A stretch of 63,917 bases of DNA, filler included, from Octopus bimaculoides (taxonomy: Eukaryota), in assembly GCF_001194135.2 (NCBI RefSeq). It is 8 parts of 6 records of this genome, joined end to end, with 100 filler letters (N's around TTAATTAATTAA, not from the genome) between each part and the next. Parts side by side here need not be neighbours in the genome. Positions count along the whole stretch, not along the records: positions 38,110 to 44,770 come from NC_068996.1; positions 44,871 to 53,881 come from NC_068986.1; 6 more parts are not named here. One strand, 5' to 3'. Under the pieces are notes generated by a model. That model saw only the letters and a program-made list of their open reading frames with translations, searched no databases and had not been told where the DNA came from. A program made the position numbers and the translations under genes. Numbering within the stretch: position 1 is the first letter of the stretch; each line of letters starts with the position of its first letter. Below, in pieces: positions 39,286-52,324 of this stretch.

Positions 39286-40738
39286 ATCTATCTATCTATC
39301 TATCTATACGTATTTTGTGTGTGTGTGCGTGTGTGTGTATATGTGTGTATGCATGTGTATATGTGTCTATTCTTCATAAATTAATCATTTAAAATGCCTA
39401 TTTTTGCTTCTTATTTCTCTCTTTTACTCGTCTTTGTCTTCAGTGTACTCTACTTACTTCTGTCCCAGTAGTAATTAAAATAAATGTTAATATTTTTGTA
39501 TCTGTTGAATTTGAAAAAAAAAATGTTGATGACAATTCTAGGGACATCCAGACAAATTACTAAAGCAAAACGAAAAAGAAGAGAAAAGATAAAAAGTAAA
39601 CATCAATATTAAGAAATTAAAAAAAAAATGATAGAAAAAATTACATCTGAAGAACGCAGAAGAATTATACAAAACATTAACATCAATACTATTATCATCA
39701 TCATCATCACTAAAAAGTTAAAATATAAAAGCAATAAGGAAACAATGAAAACAAGTAAAAGTAACTCAATATTATTGAGTGTGTTAAGAAATAACTTCAA
39801 AATGAAATTCATAAGTTTTCCGTGAACTTTCTGAGGAATTTTGCTTCTGGCATTGAATTGTTAGCTCAATAATTATACTCTGATATGGAAATCGACAATA
39901 ACCACCACCGCCACTACCACCACCACCACCACCACCAACGCCACCACCAACGCCACCGCCGCCGCCACCGCCACCACCACCACCATCACCACCACCACCG
40001 CCATTATCACAAGAACAACATTAACAACAAATACATCAATAGAAACAACTACAACCATAAAACAATAATGCCAAGAACATAAATTGCAATATATACAATG
40101 TCAACAGTAACAACAGCAATAAGTGTCATAACAACTTTAATAACAAGAACATTAGTTTTGATAATAGCAATAAGAATAATATAGCACAGAGATAAAATAA
40201 AACAAAACAACATCGCTATTACTAAAATATCAAGTTCAATAACATCAACAATACCAACAACAAAACTGTGCCCTAGGAGTACAGCTTGACTGTTGATGTA
40301 GCTGGTAATGTTTAGTTGCTATTGTTCTTTGCTTTCCAAAGATAATGTAGAAAATGAGAGGAAAATATCTCCTTTAACATAGAAACTTAAAGTTTAAAAT
40401 TAAATATATCATGCAATTATTTGTGTTTTGGCTTATGCATATAGTTGGTAAGTTCACTTATTCAATTCATTTCTTAATTGCAACATATTTAATCGATCCC
40501 AGAAAGAGAAAAGTTAAAACCGACGCTAATAGAATTTAAGCTATTTATACTGTGTTTATACAGTATTTATACTGCGGAGTATTTTCTCCACCACTACCGA
40601 TTCTGCCAATTCATAAACCTTTCATGCAAGTAATGATAAATAATGGAACTGGTATAGTCGATTAAAACACTTTAGTATATTAACAAACCTAATTCAATCG
40701 CGATATCTTCAACAGTTTGGTAAAACAACAAACTACTT

Positions 40739-41140
40739 CAGTTCTATATTTAAGAAATGAGGAATTATTTACATTATTTACATTATTTAAATTCGACGGA
40801 TATTTGTCTTCATCTTTGTTGTTAACACAACGTTTCGGCTGATATACCCTCCAGCCTTATGCCCATGGGCAAATGGCGTAGTGGTTAAGAGCGCGGGCTA
40901 CTAACCCCAAGATTCCGAGTTCGATTCCAAGCAGTGTCCTGAGCAATAATAATAATAATGATAATAATAACAACAACAACAGCAACAGCATCGAAAAATA
41001 CTTTAGGAATGAAATACTTTAGGTTCGAAATTTCCCCAAGACACTTGAAGAAGGCTGGAGGGTATATCAGCTGAAACGTTGTATTAACAACATACAAGAT
41101 GAGGACAAATATCCGTCAAATGTAAATAATGTAAATAATG
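40739..41140 (+). mobile_element. tRNA-headed hammerhead-containing SINE with 5' inverted duplication of its 3' end; 12-bp TSD
   Basis: A box TGGCGTAGTGG 40874-40884, B box GTTCGATTCC 40919-40928; about 40760-40858 is the reverse complement of about 41050-41140; TSD aacaaactactt at 40727-40738 and 41141-41152. Confidence 0.85.
41040..41085 (+). ncRNA. Minimal type I hammerhead ribozyme motif (degenerate copy)
   Basis: gacac-TTGAAGA-a-GGCTG-gagggtatat-CAGCT-GAAAC-GTT-gtatt; three-copy consensus GACAC-CTGAAGA-A-GGCTG..CAGCC-GAAAC-GTT-GTGTT gives stem I, core, stem II and an NUH triplet. Confidence 0.65.
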
Positions 41141-42869
41141 AACAAACTACTTGTAGTGTAACTTTGGATACTTAAATTAGCATTGGAATTTGAATTGGAA
41201 ACGTATAGTAATTTCTGAAATTCCCTTAAGTGTCACTGCTTCTTTCAAGTGACTCTTTTAAATAGAGTATTAATGATGTTATTGTTATGAAAGGCCAGAG
41301 ATGAAAGTTTATGCTAACCTCGACAGGAGAAACACAAATTGATCAGAGCAAATTGGCTGCTAAGATTGCTTGCTTACTCATCTCAGAGTATCATTCATAC
41401 AGTTTTATTTAGGAAACCAGTTAATCAGAATTATCTTTGTATAATATATATTATGTATCGAAATAAAAGGGTAGTGCAGAAAAATAACCAATAGTGATCC
41501 ATAAAAATGCAACACTGTCCAACTACTTTTCTCATCTATATCCTGCCTAGTTTGACATTTGTTCATCCCTTTTAAGCTGATGCAGTACGTAATAGTCATG
41601 AACTGTCAGTTCAATCGACAATACCTTTAGCTTTGGAAGTACGACCCTTTTGCTATTGTAATATAATATTGGTTTTTAAAACAATAAATGCTCTATATTT
41701 TAGACATACGAACGTGAGAATTTGTAATGTTCATGACTTTCGTAACAGAATTTGCAATATAATCGAAATGAAAGAACATTAATAGAGAATTGAACCAATG
41801 TTGCAATATGGACTATGTCAGGAGCTCATCAGCTTTCTTACATCGCAAGCCGTTAGACAATGTAAAATTAGATCCATTCGAATTGACAATTGATCAAAAT
41901 TTTAAGAGTTATAACATCATCTGTTAATCTTTACACCCAACAAGACATTCAGTTAGCAACAATTAGATCTCTTAGTACAAAATCATAAATAAAGAACGGA
42001 AAGATAAAATATTGTAAGTCAGGTAAATTAGCTGTTTTAATGAAACATTTTCAGGGATCTCTTTATTTGCATGTTTTTTTTTATATATATGACTGTGTGT
42101 GAGTAAGCTTTTTTACAAAACTTTCTTTCTCTCACTATGTATGACTCAGTCAATATATTTGGGTGCAAGTATATGTGACTGATTAAGAAGTTTGCTTCGC
42201 TTTTACGTGGTTTCGAGTTCAATCCTAAATGTGGCGTACATTGAGCGTGTGTCCTCTATCATAAATTCGAGCAGACACATAACTTGTGAGCGAAGATCGG
42301 TATACGGAAACTATATGGACGCTGTCAGAAGGGCCTGTCCTCCTCTTAGGTGGCAAACTTCATCGTTCAAATTAACAAACCCAATTTTTCTTTATGTACC
42401 TTTAGCTAAGTTCATTTCGCTTCGAGCCATCGTAGCAGGTCTCTCATTTTAGAACAACTTTCCAGCTACACCTACCCACATGAGACTGAATCCTAGCAAA
42501 GTGTTATGTACACTGTATCTGTCTAAGCTACGATAAAAAACTAAAATACTGGAATATTTAGAAATTAACATGAGTATTTATAAATCATAATTTTCAAAAT
42601 AATGTACAGATATCAAGCTGATCTTGCTCTCTAATATTCTAATCTATGTACTTTCAAAATATTTATCGAGTTCATATCTATAACTTATTTAGTTACATAG
42701 TATATTAATATTTATAATGAGCAGTTTTACTTTAACTAAGATGATGTTATTATGTCCATATGTTTGAATTTTCTATCTAGAACTTTCAGTTTTGTGTTAG
42801 ATTTATTTATTTTATGTATTAAAAAAAAAATTTTGTCGTGATAAACTTTGTCTTTTATCCTTTCGAAGT

Positions 42870-43500
42870 CAATAAAATAAGTACTAGTTGAACATTGGCC
42901 TTCTGTCACATTTGGAGTTTATCACGTTATTGAAAATCTTCGCTGAAATTGGAACGTTCTTCGAAGCCTTTAGTTACCTTTTGCTTTGTGTAGATAAGTA
43001 GATTTGCGAGAATATTTTCACTTATTGATTTTCAAGCAAAATAGATATGTTGTTCTATATGTAATTGAATAGTTCATTGTTTTGTTAAAACAATGATTTT
43101 GGGTAAAACACTTCGGGGGCTTTACTTTCATTGTTCTGAGAACATGTGAATGAAAACACTGCCCTTTCTATTCCATTTACAATAAGTTTGAGTGGAGACG
43201 TTCTTTGCGTTTGCATTTTTTCAGTTTTTCTCATTTTTGACCCCGAATTTTAATGTTTGACACAGTTGTACAAAAGACTTTTTGGTAAGTTGAAAGGAAT
43301 GTTTATTTTTGTATTTTAGTAAGACAGGATGTGAAAAGAAGATATTGTTCGGAATCCTTAGGTTTGTATTGGATACTGGACATCTGTGTCTATTTTTCAT
43401 GTTTACTCATGATAAAATTATCTAGAAATGGTAGTTTTTTCTGATTGAATTCTATTTCACTACAAAGGAGACATGTTCTGCTATCAGGCTTTATTTACTT
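42870..43500 (-). mobile_element. Penelope-like element RT thumb / linker fragment
   Basis: LPFLDNF (43434), YKPKDSEQYLLFTSC (43368->43324), CTTVS; cf. PLE LPFLD...YxKPTDxxQYLxFxSCHP. Confidence 0.7.
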
Positions 43501-43794
43501 TTTCTATTTCTCCTCTTTAATATACTTGACATCATCATTAACATATTTCTACAAAATATAATTCCATAATTATGCAACAATATATAAACGATTAAAACAG
43601 TCTATGTACATATTCCCAATTATTTTATTAGTAATATTTATAATAGAGTATGTCTGGGAACTTTACTGTACACACGAAGAAATATATATGTATTTGTATG
43701 TATTTATGAGTTCTTGTATGTGTGTTTATGCGTGTGTGGTTATTTTTTAATTATTTTACTTGTTTCAGTCATTTGGAGCACCGCCTTGAAGGTA

Positions 43795-44370
43795 ACACGT
43801 GTAGAGATTCTCATTTAGTGAACGCAGCAGAAAGCACAAAGCACAACTTGATATATTTTGGTTGTACAACAGAACAATTAAACAAAAGATTCAATGGGCA
43901 CAGATATTACGTAAGGCAAAATAACAGTAGTTCGACAGAACTTGCCAAACATTTTACATCAAACGGTTGCAATTTTGAAAAAGACTTGAAAGTGCATATT
44001 CTCAGAAAATATTCAGAATCTGCTACACTTTCAGTCCTCAAAATGCACGAGGAGAAATATGCTTGCGAGTTATTGACATCACGCCATAAAGTGATGAATA
44101 AAATGACGGGAGAATATCATCATATTTACACAAAACTGTTTGATTAAATATTCTTCGTTTTCCTTTTCTTTTTTTCATTCTTTTTTTCTTTGTTTCTCTT
44201 TTTGCCAGTTGTAAACTTAAAAACTGAAGACTGATAATGTCGTTTCAACAACGTGGGAATGCTGGTTGTCCTCGTTCAAATTTTGGATTTCAATTTCTAT
44301 AATTTTGAATTTCTATGTAATTACTTTTCAATTAGAACTAAACAAAGACAGGCTTGCTGTCGAAATATCG
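43795..44370 (+). mobile_element. Penelope-like element GIY-YIG endonuclease C-terminus plus 3' UTR
   Basis: LIYFGCTTEQLNKRFNGHR...ELAKHF...LKVHIL...EEKY..ELLT...MN, stop at 44147; degenerate hammerhead-like stem II GACAG-gcttg-CTGTC-GAAA at 44347-44365. The first codons of ORF 43722 come from an adjacent SINE tail. Confidence 0.75.
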
Positions 44371-44495
44371 TTCAACCGATAGAATATTTTTGCAATCGCA
44401 CCGCACTCTTCGTATTGTATATTGTTATCATTATTGTTATTATTATTGTTGTTGTTGTTGTTGTGGTTGTTGTTGTTGTTGTTGTTATTATTATT

Positions 44496-44770
44496 GTTCA
44501 GTAGTTTTATTTTTATAACATGCTTTCATTTCACTACCGAGCGCAGCTCTGTGCGCCTTGGGTATGTGCTGTGGTTTGCTGTGGTGCTCTTATGTTTACT
44601 GTATTGAAAGTGTTTTGCGTAGAATGTGTGCAGTACCCAGTAGTGCAATTTTCTGTATGTTATATATATTTGTAAGTCCTGGTGTTTTTGTTATGTATTT
44701 GTCTGAATATTTTTTTATTATACCTATGGCACCTACTATGATAGGAATTGTTTCTGTTTTTAGATTCCAC
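44496..44770 (-). mobile_element. R4/Dong-like family 1, 3' fragment
   Basis: Reverse complement matches 49871-50143 (RLE C-terminus plus 3' UTR); (TAT/TGT)n tail; cut by a gap. Confidence 0.9.
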
Positions 44771-44870
44771 NNNNNNNNNNNNNNNNNNNNNNNNNNNNNN
44801 NNNNNNNNNNNNNNTTAATTAATTAANNNNNNNNNNNNNNNNNNNNNNNNNNNNNNNNNNNNNNNNNNNN

Positions 44871-44884
<14 letters not shown>

Positions 44885-44901
<17 letters not shown>

Positions 44902-45065
44902 GACGGACTTCTTATAGTTTCCGTCTACCAGATCCACTCGCAAGGCTTTGGTCGGCTCGAGGCTATTGTTGAAGATACTTGCCCAAGGTGCCACACCATG
45001 GGACTGAACCCGGAACCATGTGGTTGGTAACAAGCTATTTACCACACAGCTACACCTGCGCCGAT
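44885..45065 (-). mobile_element. SINE family E, 5' half
   Basis: Reverse complement of head and core gtggcaccttgggcaagtatcttc. Confidence 0.8.
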
Positions 45066-45921
45066 ATATATATATACACACATATGTGTGTGCGCATGTG
45101 TAGGGTAGTGTGTGTTTTTGTGCCTGTGATTGTCACTCTCTAACTGCTTGACAACCATTGTTTGTTTGCGTTCTCGTAAATCAGCGGTTCGGGAAAAGAG
45201 AGTATTACAGTAAGAACCAGAAGGGAACATCAGTACTGGAGTCGATTGTTTCGACTAGAACCCCTCAAGGCGGTGCCCTAGCATGGCCGCACTTCAATAA
45301 TTGAAATAAGTAATACATGGATGATAAAAATATATAAATAAATATATTACACTCGAATGCAACGCAAAATAATTTTTGATATAACATTTTTGATTCGTTG
45401 TAGTTTTGCTTTGATAATTTCAAATATAAAATAGAATTTTTTTCCAATTAAATTTTTTTTCATATGGTGCAATATTTTAAGAAAAATTCTCCATTTTTCA
45501 TTTCTAAATATCGATTGATTTTGCATTGTTAAAACTGTTCTATAGTGCCGTAGTACGCAACTTTATATTTATTACCAATCCTGTGGTTATTATCAACGTT
45601 TTAATGTGTTTCCAGTATCACGAAGATCAGATTATAGTTTGGGGTTTTTGTGTTTGTTAATTTTTTGTCTCGCAGAAAAACAAAAAAAACTCCAATACGA
45701 AACAACGAATATAAACCTAATATAAATATACTTTTTTTATATTATATTTCAAACGAAAAAATTTTTATTTTTTCTTTCGAAGTTATATCTTGTCCGGTTG
45801 ATATGCTTCGCTTGTTTCATTTGTAATTTTACAATTTTACGCCTGCAACGTACTGACTTCGTGGGTAAAATAGTTTTAAGTGTGTATGCACGCATGAGTA
45901 TATGTATGAACGTATGTATGG

Positions 45922-45964
<43 letters not shown>

Positions 45965-46714
45965 CAGACAGATAGATAGATAGACGGTTCTACAGTATTC
46001 AGCTACGGAGACTCAGTTACCTGCTTAGTTGAAAAACATGCCTCTGAATTCACAAGCTAAGTACTCCATAGACATACATTGTTAACGATTTTCTTTTTGC
46101 GACAACCACGCTACACACTTTCCTTCCAAGCATTGCTATAAACAACAGAGTGAGTGAGAACCGAATATGCGCGACAGTATTCAAGGTCACCCTGAGCCAA
46201 GCCACTTTATTCTGTGTACTTTAGATGCGTTACCATAGCAACAGTCCCGTTGCATTTTAACCAGATCTCGTATATCAGTTTCCAAAAAAAACTCAGAGTG
46301 TGGACTTCAGCTTTCATAGATATGTGTATTTGACTATTTCCTACGATACACACACGCGCACGCACACTAACACACAATTACACACACATATAGAAATATA
46401 GGCTTAGCATTTAATATAGAATTGTGTTTTATGTAACTCGATATTTTTAATGATTTTTCAATACGGTAGCTGACACCGTTTCTAATCAGTGCTGGTAAGG
46501 AGTGTGAAAGCCAAAACGAGGTGTGAATCTTGAAGGCGCCTTAAGGAAATAGATATATTCAAAACAGAACGACTGAGATAGTGGAATTGCCGCCGCAAGC
46601 ATTTGGAACAGTTTAAAGAACAACACAGGCAAGAAAAGGAATTTATAGAAATTATGAAGTTAGTCTTTGAGACAGAGTAATTGGAAATTATTTTCTCTGT
46701 CGAAAATATAGGCT

Positions 46715-46852
46715 CAGGCGTGCTTGTGTTGTAAAAGTTTCCAGGTTCAGTCCCACTGCGTGGCACCTTGGGAGACTGTCTTCAGCTGTAGCCTCGAGCT
46801 CACCAAAGCCTTGTAGTGGATTTAATAGCCGGAAACTGAAAGAAACCCATCA
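46715..46852 (+). mobile_element. SINE family E, 5' half
   Basis: ggttcagtcccactgcgtggcaccttggg...ggaaactgaaagaaaccc. Confidence 0.8.
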
Positions 46853-46903
46853 TGTGTATGTATATTTATAAAATACATACACACACACGCGGGCACGCAC
46901 ACA

Positions 46904-46941
<38 letters not shown>

Positions 46942-47529
46942 NNNNNNNNNNNNNNNNNNNNNNNNNNNNNNNNNNNNNNNNNNNNNNNNNNNNNNNNNNN
47001 NNNNNNNNNNNNNNNNNNNNNNNNNNNNNNNNNNNNNNNNNNNNNNNNNNNNNNNNNNNNNNNNNNNNNNNNNNNNNNNNNNNNNNNNNNNNNNNNNNNN
47101 NNNNNNNNNNNNNNNNNNNNNNNNNNNNNNNNNNNNNNNNNNNNTGGTTATTTTCCCTAAAACTATATATATTTTATATATACTTTATCTATAAGGCTCA
47201 ATTTAATTTTTTATAAATTGATTTTAATTGAGTTTTTTACCTGTAATTTTGGATTTTGTCCCTAATAATATTATTATATATATATATATATATATGCATG
47301 CATGCTTGCATGCATACATACATACATACATACATGATCCATGGATGGAATTTATAAATAATTTAACGCATCGCTGCGCGCGTTTCCACAAATCACATGT
47401 TTCTTATGACCATAGCTCACATTCCTGGGATGATTTCAGTACAATCCGTAGTATCCCTGGACATCAGGTGCATCGTATTTATGCGTTCATTTTCTTCAGG
47501 CAATATTGCATTAAAGTTGGAAGCAACAA

Positions 47530-50138
47530 ATTAAATTATGTATTTTAACTGGATATCATCTCCACTGCTCACACAACACATGTAAACACGCTCGACACAT
47601 TACGATCCATCAACACCAGACCATCTCCGGCTCCAAACACCATGTCAAAAAAAAATACAAATAAATTATATAATACCGGTGTTATTCAACCTAGGAATAA
47701 CAATCGGGAAGTGCATACTTTAAACTTGTTACACAAAAAGTACCAAAAACTACACGTGCAAAACAATTTAACAAAAGAAATGAACGGACCGATACCCTAC
47801 GAAAATGATGACCGTCAAAATAAAGGTCCGGACGTTGTTCCTCATGTCCCTCTAATAAAACCAAAAAGGTATAAATGGGCACGTGAGGAATATATTTCAA
47901 ACCTACACGCTTATTTTACAGCAGTGCTCTACTCAAAGAACGAAAACACAACAACATATACATATAAAATCTGGAAAAAAATAACCTAAATAAAGACTTG
48001 GATACAGCAATGAACCCTAATAAACTAGCTAAAATACGAAGATATATTCTCAAAGCAAAAAAAAAATATCAGAAATAGAAATAGAAATAAAACATTCAAA
48101 ATGAAAACTACATCAGAAAAATGTAAATAGTAGCCACACAGCAATGCCAAATAAAATAAACACTGAGATAGTAAAACACGAACACAGAGGTAACATTTCC
48201 AACAAAAGCGAAGTAAAAAACAAAAGACAACAAACCCAGACAGTAGGGATGTATAATAGTATACAAAAAGCACCAATCCAGAACACCACAGACAAACATA
48301 TGAATGAGAAGGAAGGCGAAACAAATCTAAAACCTGGAAACAGTGAAGGGGAACCTAATGATTATTAAACTATAAAAATGAGAATAATCAAAGAACTGAA
48401 AATCCCAGATCTCAGAATGGACCACCGATTATACCTCCCAAAAATCAAAATAGACAATAAAACAACACTAATAATAAATAGCATGAACCTGGCCGTCACG
48501 GAACTAATAGCCAAAGAAACAATTGGCAATATCACCGACCTAAATGACATAATATATGCAGCAGCCATTGCAGCCACAAAAGAAGCTGGATACTCTCTCA
48601 AACCCATCCAAACAGGAGTACCACCATCCAACAAACCCTGTGGATAAATAATATTTTTAAAAAATAGAAAAAAAGAGAAAAGATCTGTCAATTCTTAACG
48701 AAATTAGCTGACAATAAACACTACTAAGCAACAAGAAGGCAACAAAAACACTATGCAAATACATTATAGAAAAAAGATTTACCTGAGGTAAAAGAAAAGC
48801 TAACGCAAGATATGAGAAACGGTATGAGAAACGCCAACGTTTCTATGAACAAAACAAACAGTTCAACTCTAATCCCCAAAAATTCTACCAAGAACTTGGT
48901 AAAAATAAATAGATATCAATGCAGCACCAACATCTGAAGAAGTGGAAGAATTTTGGCAAGAAATATGGTCGGCGAAGGAACAACCTCAGAAAAGGACCAT
49001 TAAAATAACGAAAATAGCACCTGAACAACTCTGGACCCCTATAACAACTGCAGAGGTCACCCAGGCACTGCAAAGACTAAGCAACTGGAAGGCACCTGGT
49101 TATGACAAGATCCCCAACTTCTGGTTAAAATATCTGACAGGAACACACAAAAAGCTGGCCGAAAACTTTAACGTCATACTAGCAGAACCAGAGACAATGC
49201 CTGAATAGCTCACGAAAGGGAAAATTATCCTAATTCCCAAATCCACTGAAACGGCAAACCCACAAAACTACAAACCAATAACCTGTCTCCCTACAATTTC
49301 CAAAACCTTTACTGCAATAATATCGTAGAGATTGAGCAAGCATCTGGAAGAAAACAACCTGTTGCCAGAAGAGCAGAAGGGAGGCTGCAAGGGCTCATAC
49401 GGCTGTAAAGATCAACTAATGATCAATAAAGCCATAACTGAAAACAACCGCAGAAAGAAGAATGGCCTGGATCGACTACCGAAAGGCTTTTGATAGCATC
49501 TCCCACACATGTATCCTAGAAACACTAGCTATAAACAAGGTAGCACCAATAATCATTAAATACATAAGACACTCTATGAAAAAATGGCAGACAGTGCTAC
49601 GGCTCCAAACAAAAGAGGGCTTCATAAAAACAAAGCCATCCCCATTAGAAGAAGAATATTCCAGGGAGACGCTCTCTCCATACTGTGGGATATGCTAATA
49701 CACAGAGAGAGAGAAATTAAGGCCAATAGGCCGGATATAGATGTCAGAGATAATCAAGAAAAAAGATGATTTTTAATCGATGTATCAATACCAACAGATG
49801 ACAACGTTTCTGTCAAAGAAATGGAGAAACTTTCAAAATACAAAGACCTGGAAATAGAGATAACACGAATGTGGAATCTAAAACAGAAACAATTCCTACC
49901 ATAGTAGGTGCCTTAGGTAAAATAAAAAAATATTCAGACAAATACATAACAAAAATACCAGGACTAACAAATATATATAACATACAGAAAACAGCACTAC
50001 TAGGCGCCACACACATCCTACGTAAAATACTTTCAATACAGTAACAATAAGAGCATCACAACAAACCACAGCACATACCCAAGGTGGATAGAGCTGCGCT
50101 CGGTAGTGAAGTGAAAGCACATTATAAAAATAAAACTA

Positions 50139-50143
<5 letters not shown>
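47530..50143 (+). mobile_element. R4/Dong-like non-LTR retrotransposon (family 1), internally deleted
   Basis: N-terminal KPKRYKWAREE; RT EEFWQEIWS, NWKAPGYDKIPNFWLK, WIDYRKAFDS, FQGDALS joined directly to RLE ILWDM...ANRPDIDVRD...IDVSIPTDDN...EKLSKYKDL...LSIQ*; (TAA)n tail; 5' boundary approximate. Confidence 0.9.
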
Positions 50144-50210
<67 letters not shown>

Positions 50211-50700
50211 AAGAAGAAGAAGAAGAAGAAGAAGAAGAAGAAGAAGAAGAAGAACAACAACAACAACAACAACAACGACTGGGGTGGATTCCTTCGACTA
50301 AAAATTCTTCTAGGTGGTGCTCCAGCATGGTCGCAGTCTAATGACTCAAACAAATGATAAAATATATACTGGAGGGAGAGTTAGGATGGTGGAAGAAGTG
50401 AATTCGACAAACACACAAATACACGGAAGTTGGAGCACAAATTATAGACCATATAATTCTATCTTCAATTCGTTGGATGACGGTTATATTGGAGCAGTGC
50501 CATCAACGATCTTCGGCGATCATATCAACCTCAGTACTTATTGTAATTAGATACTTATTTCATCGATCGCTAGGTTACGTTTGTTTTCGTATAAACGGAC
50601 GCAGCCCTGCACATCACCTAGAATAAACACGGACAATTTTCATCATATGCACATGTATATATATGTGGGGAGGTGTATATAGATAGACAGACAGACAGAG

Positions 50701-50772
<72 letters not shown>

Positions 50773-50825
50773 GTGTGTATCTATCTATATATATGTATAT
50801 ATACATACACACAAACACACATACA

Positions 50826-51680
50826 CACACCGGCCTAGAAGTCGCTGAGAGGTTTTAATTTTTAATAACTCCCGTGTTTTTACAAATAAATGTATGAAAT
50901 TTTAATTCAATATATAGGAGAAAATGGAGAATAATTTGCCTTAGTCTTTTTTCACCATACCGCTGCATTACGTATAAAAAACTATATATTTTAAATGGCG
51001 TCCATTTTCAACTTCACACTTTGGTATAGTGATCTTGGGTTCTCAGAGTCCGCAAATCGACGATTTTATCATGACGGACCCATTCAAATGAAAGTGAGCT
51101 TCGTCAGACATGATCAATGTTTGTGTAAAAATTTTGGTCATTTCGTACCAATTCCTGGATTCTGACAGCGTATTGGAGCCTGTGTCCATAGTCCCGGGCT
51201 TCATCTGGTGAACCAACTGTACCGTGTATGCTAAAATGTTAAGGCTACTAAGAACTCTTTACCGCGAAGTTTTTGAAATCCCTCGCTGTCTGGATAACAT
51301 TCGAGTCGATGTGCCCGGATTCTATTCAATGCCCCTTCGCACTCGTTACCTTGCCTCATCGGTTCTGATAGTGTGAGTGCTCTCTAATCGTGGAAGATCA
51401 TTTACTGTCCCTTGTTTTTCAAAATAACGAGATAAGTTCCTAATTGTGTTTTCACTTGGGACATATCTCACTTGAAAATGCCAACGATATGCTCTCTGGG
51501 TCTGAATAATTGACGCCTGATTTTGATACAACAATTTCACCACTTGTTCGGAGCCATATTTTTCCATGATTAAATTCCAGGACTTGGTCCATAAAATCTC
51601 TGAAAAGAAAAAGAAAAATGTCAAAAAAATAAAAGGATTATCAAAAATTGCAATCCCTCAGTGGCTTTTGAGCCACACTG
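50826..51680 (-). mobile_element. rosa/DD41D-like Tc1/mariner, internally deleted
   Basis: Degenerate 38-bp TIRs (25/38 identity; right end TA|CAGTGTGGCTCAAAA); MEKYGSEQVVKLLYQNQASIIQTQRAY HTH; IMSDEAHFHLNGSV; jumps to the C-terminal CEVENGRHL. Family assignment rests on the N-terminal motifs because the D-D spacing region is deleted. Confidence 0.75.
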
Positions 51681-52324
51681 TATACACACACACACACACA
51701 CATATGTGTGAGTGTGTGTATGTGTGGTGTGTGTGTGTGTATAATTATATATATGTGCGAGTGTGTGTGTGTGTGTATGTATTGACATGTGTGTGCGTGT
51801 ATATATGTTTGTATGTGCGTGCGTAGAAATGATAATGCTTCTATTTATTACATCAGTAAGTGTGTGTCACTTTGAAAGCTGTATATTTTCGATCGGTAAT
51901 TCAGCAGCGTTAGTTGCCCGAGCAGTTAATCTTTACCGATACAGAGCAATAACCCAGAAACCGGTCCACATATGTTGCTTTGTGCGGGATGAGGTGGGGG
52001 CTGGATTCTCTATTCGAAAATATAAGGACACAGATAGTGTGTCGTATTGCCTGCTGGAGACGATGTTTTCTGGGACTAAACAACAGGAGCCACACTATGT
52101 TGGCAAATAGCCCTTACTTTAAAGATCTGAATATCATTCTTTGAGAGAATTAGAAATGAAAAATGTTTTTGTTTATATATATGAATGCATGTATATATAT
52201 GAATATATATATATATATATATATNNNNNNNNNNNNNNNNNNNNNNNNNNNNNNNNNNNNNNNNNNNNNNNNNNNNNNNNNNNNNNNNNNNNNNNNNNNN
52301 NNNNNNNNNNNNNNNNNNNNNNNN

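Larger units (their letters stand above)
40600..42560 (-). pseudogene. Decayed TLR-like relic (TIR, TM, LRR fragments), interrupted by the hammerhead SINE
   Basis: FISGLS / NNIINT..KKSH...AV (41305->41235, cf. DFxPGxxIxxNIxxAIxxS); hydrophobic WTVLHFYGSLLVIFL near 41500; weak LRR-like motifs upstream. Confidence 0.3.

Noticed and set aside
40867-40935. tRNA gene
   Set aside because: A/B boxes are present but the acceptor and anticodon stems do not pair fully; it is a SINE head. The same applies to the other tRNA-like heads.
43722-43795. N-terminus of the 141-aa GIY-YIG ORF as a standalone gene
   Set aside because: Derived from an AT/GT tract and an inverted SINE E tail; the ORF is a chance fusion to a PLE fragment.
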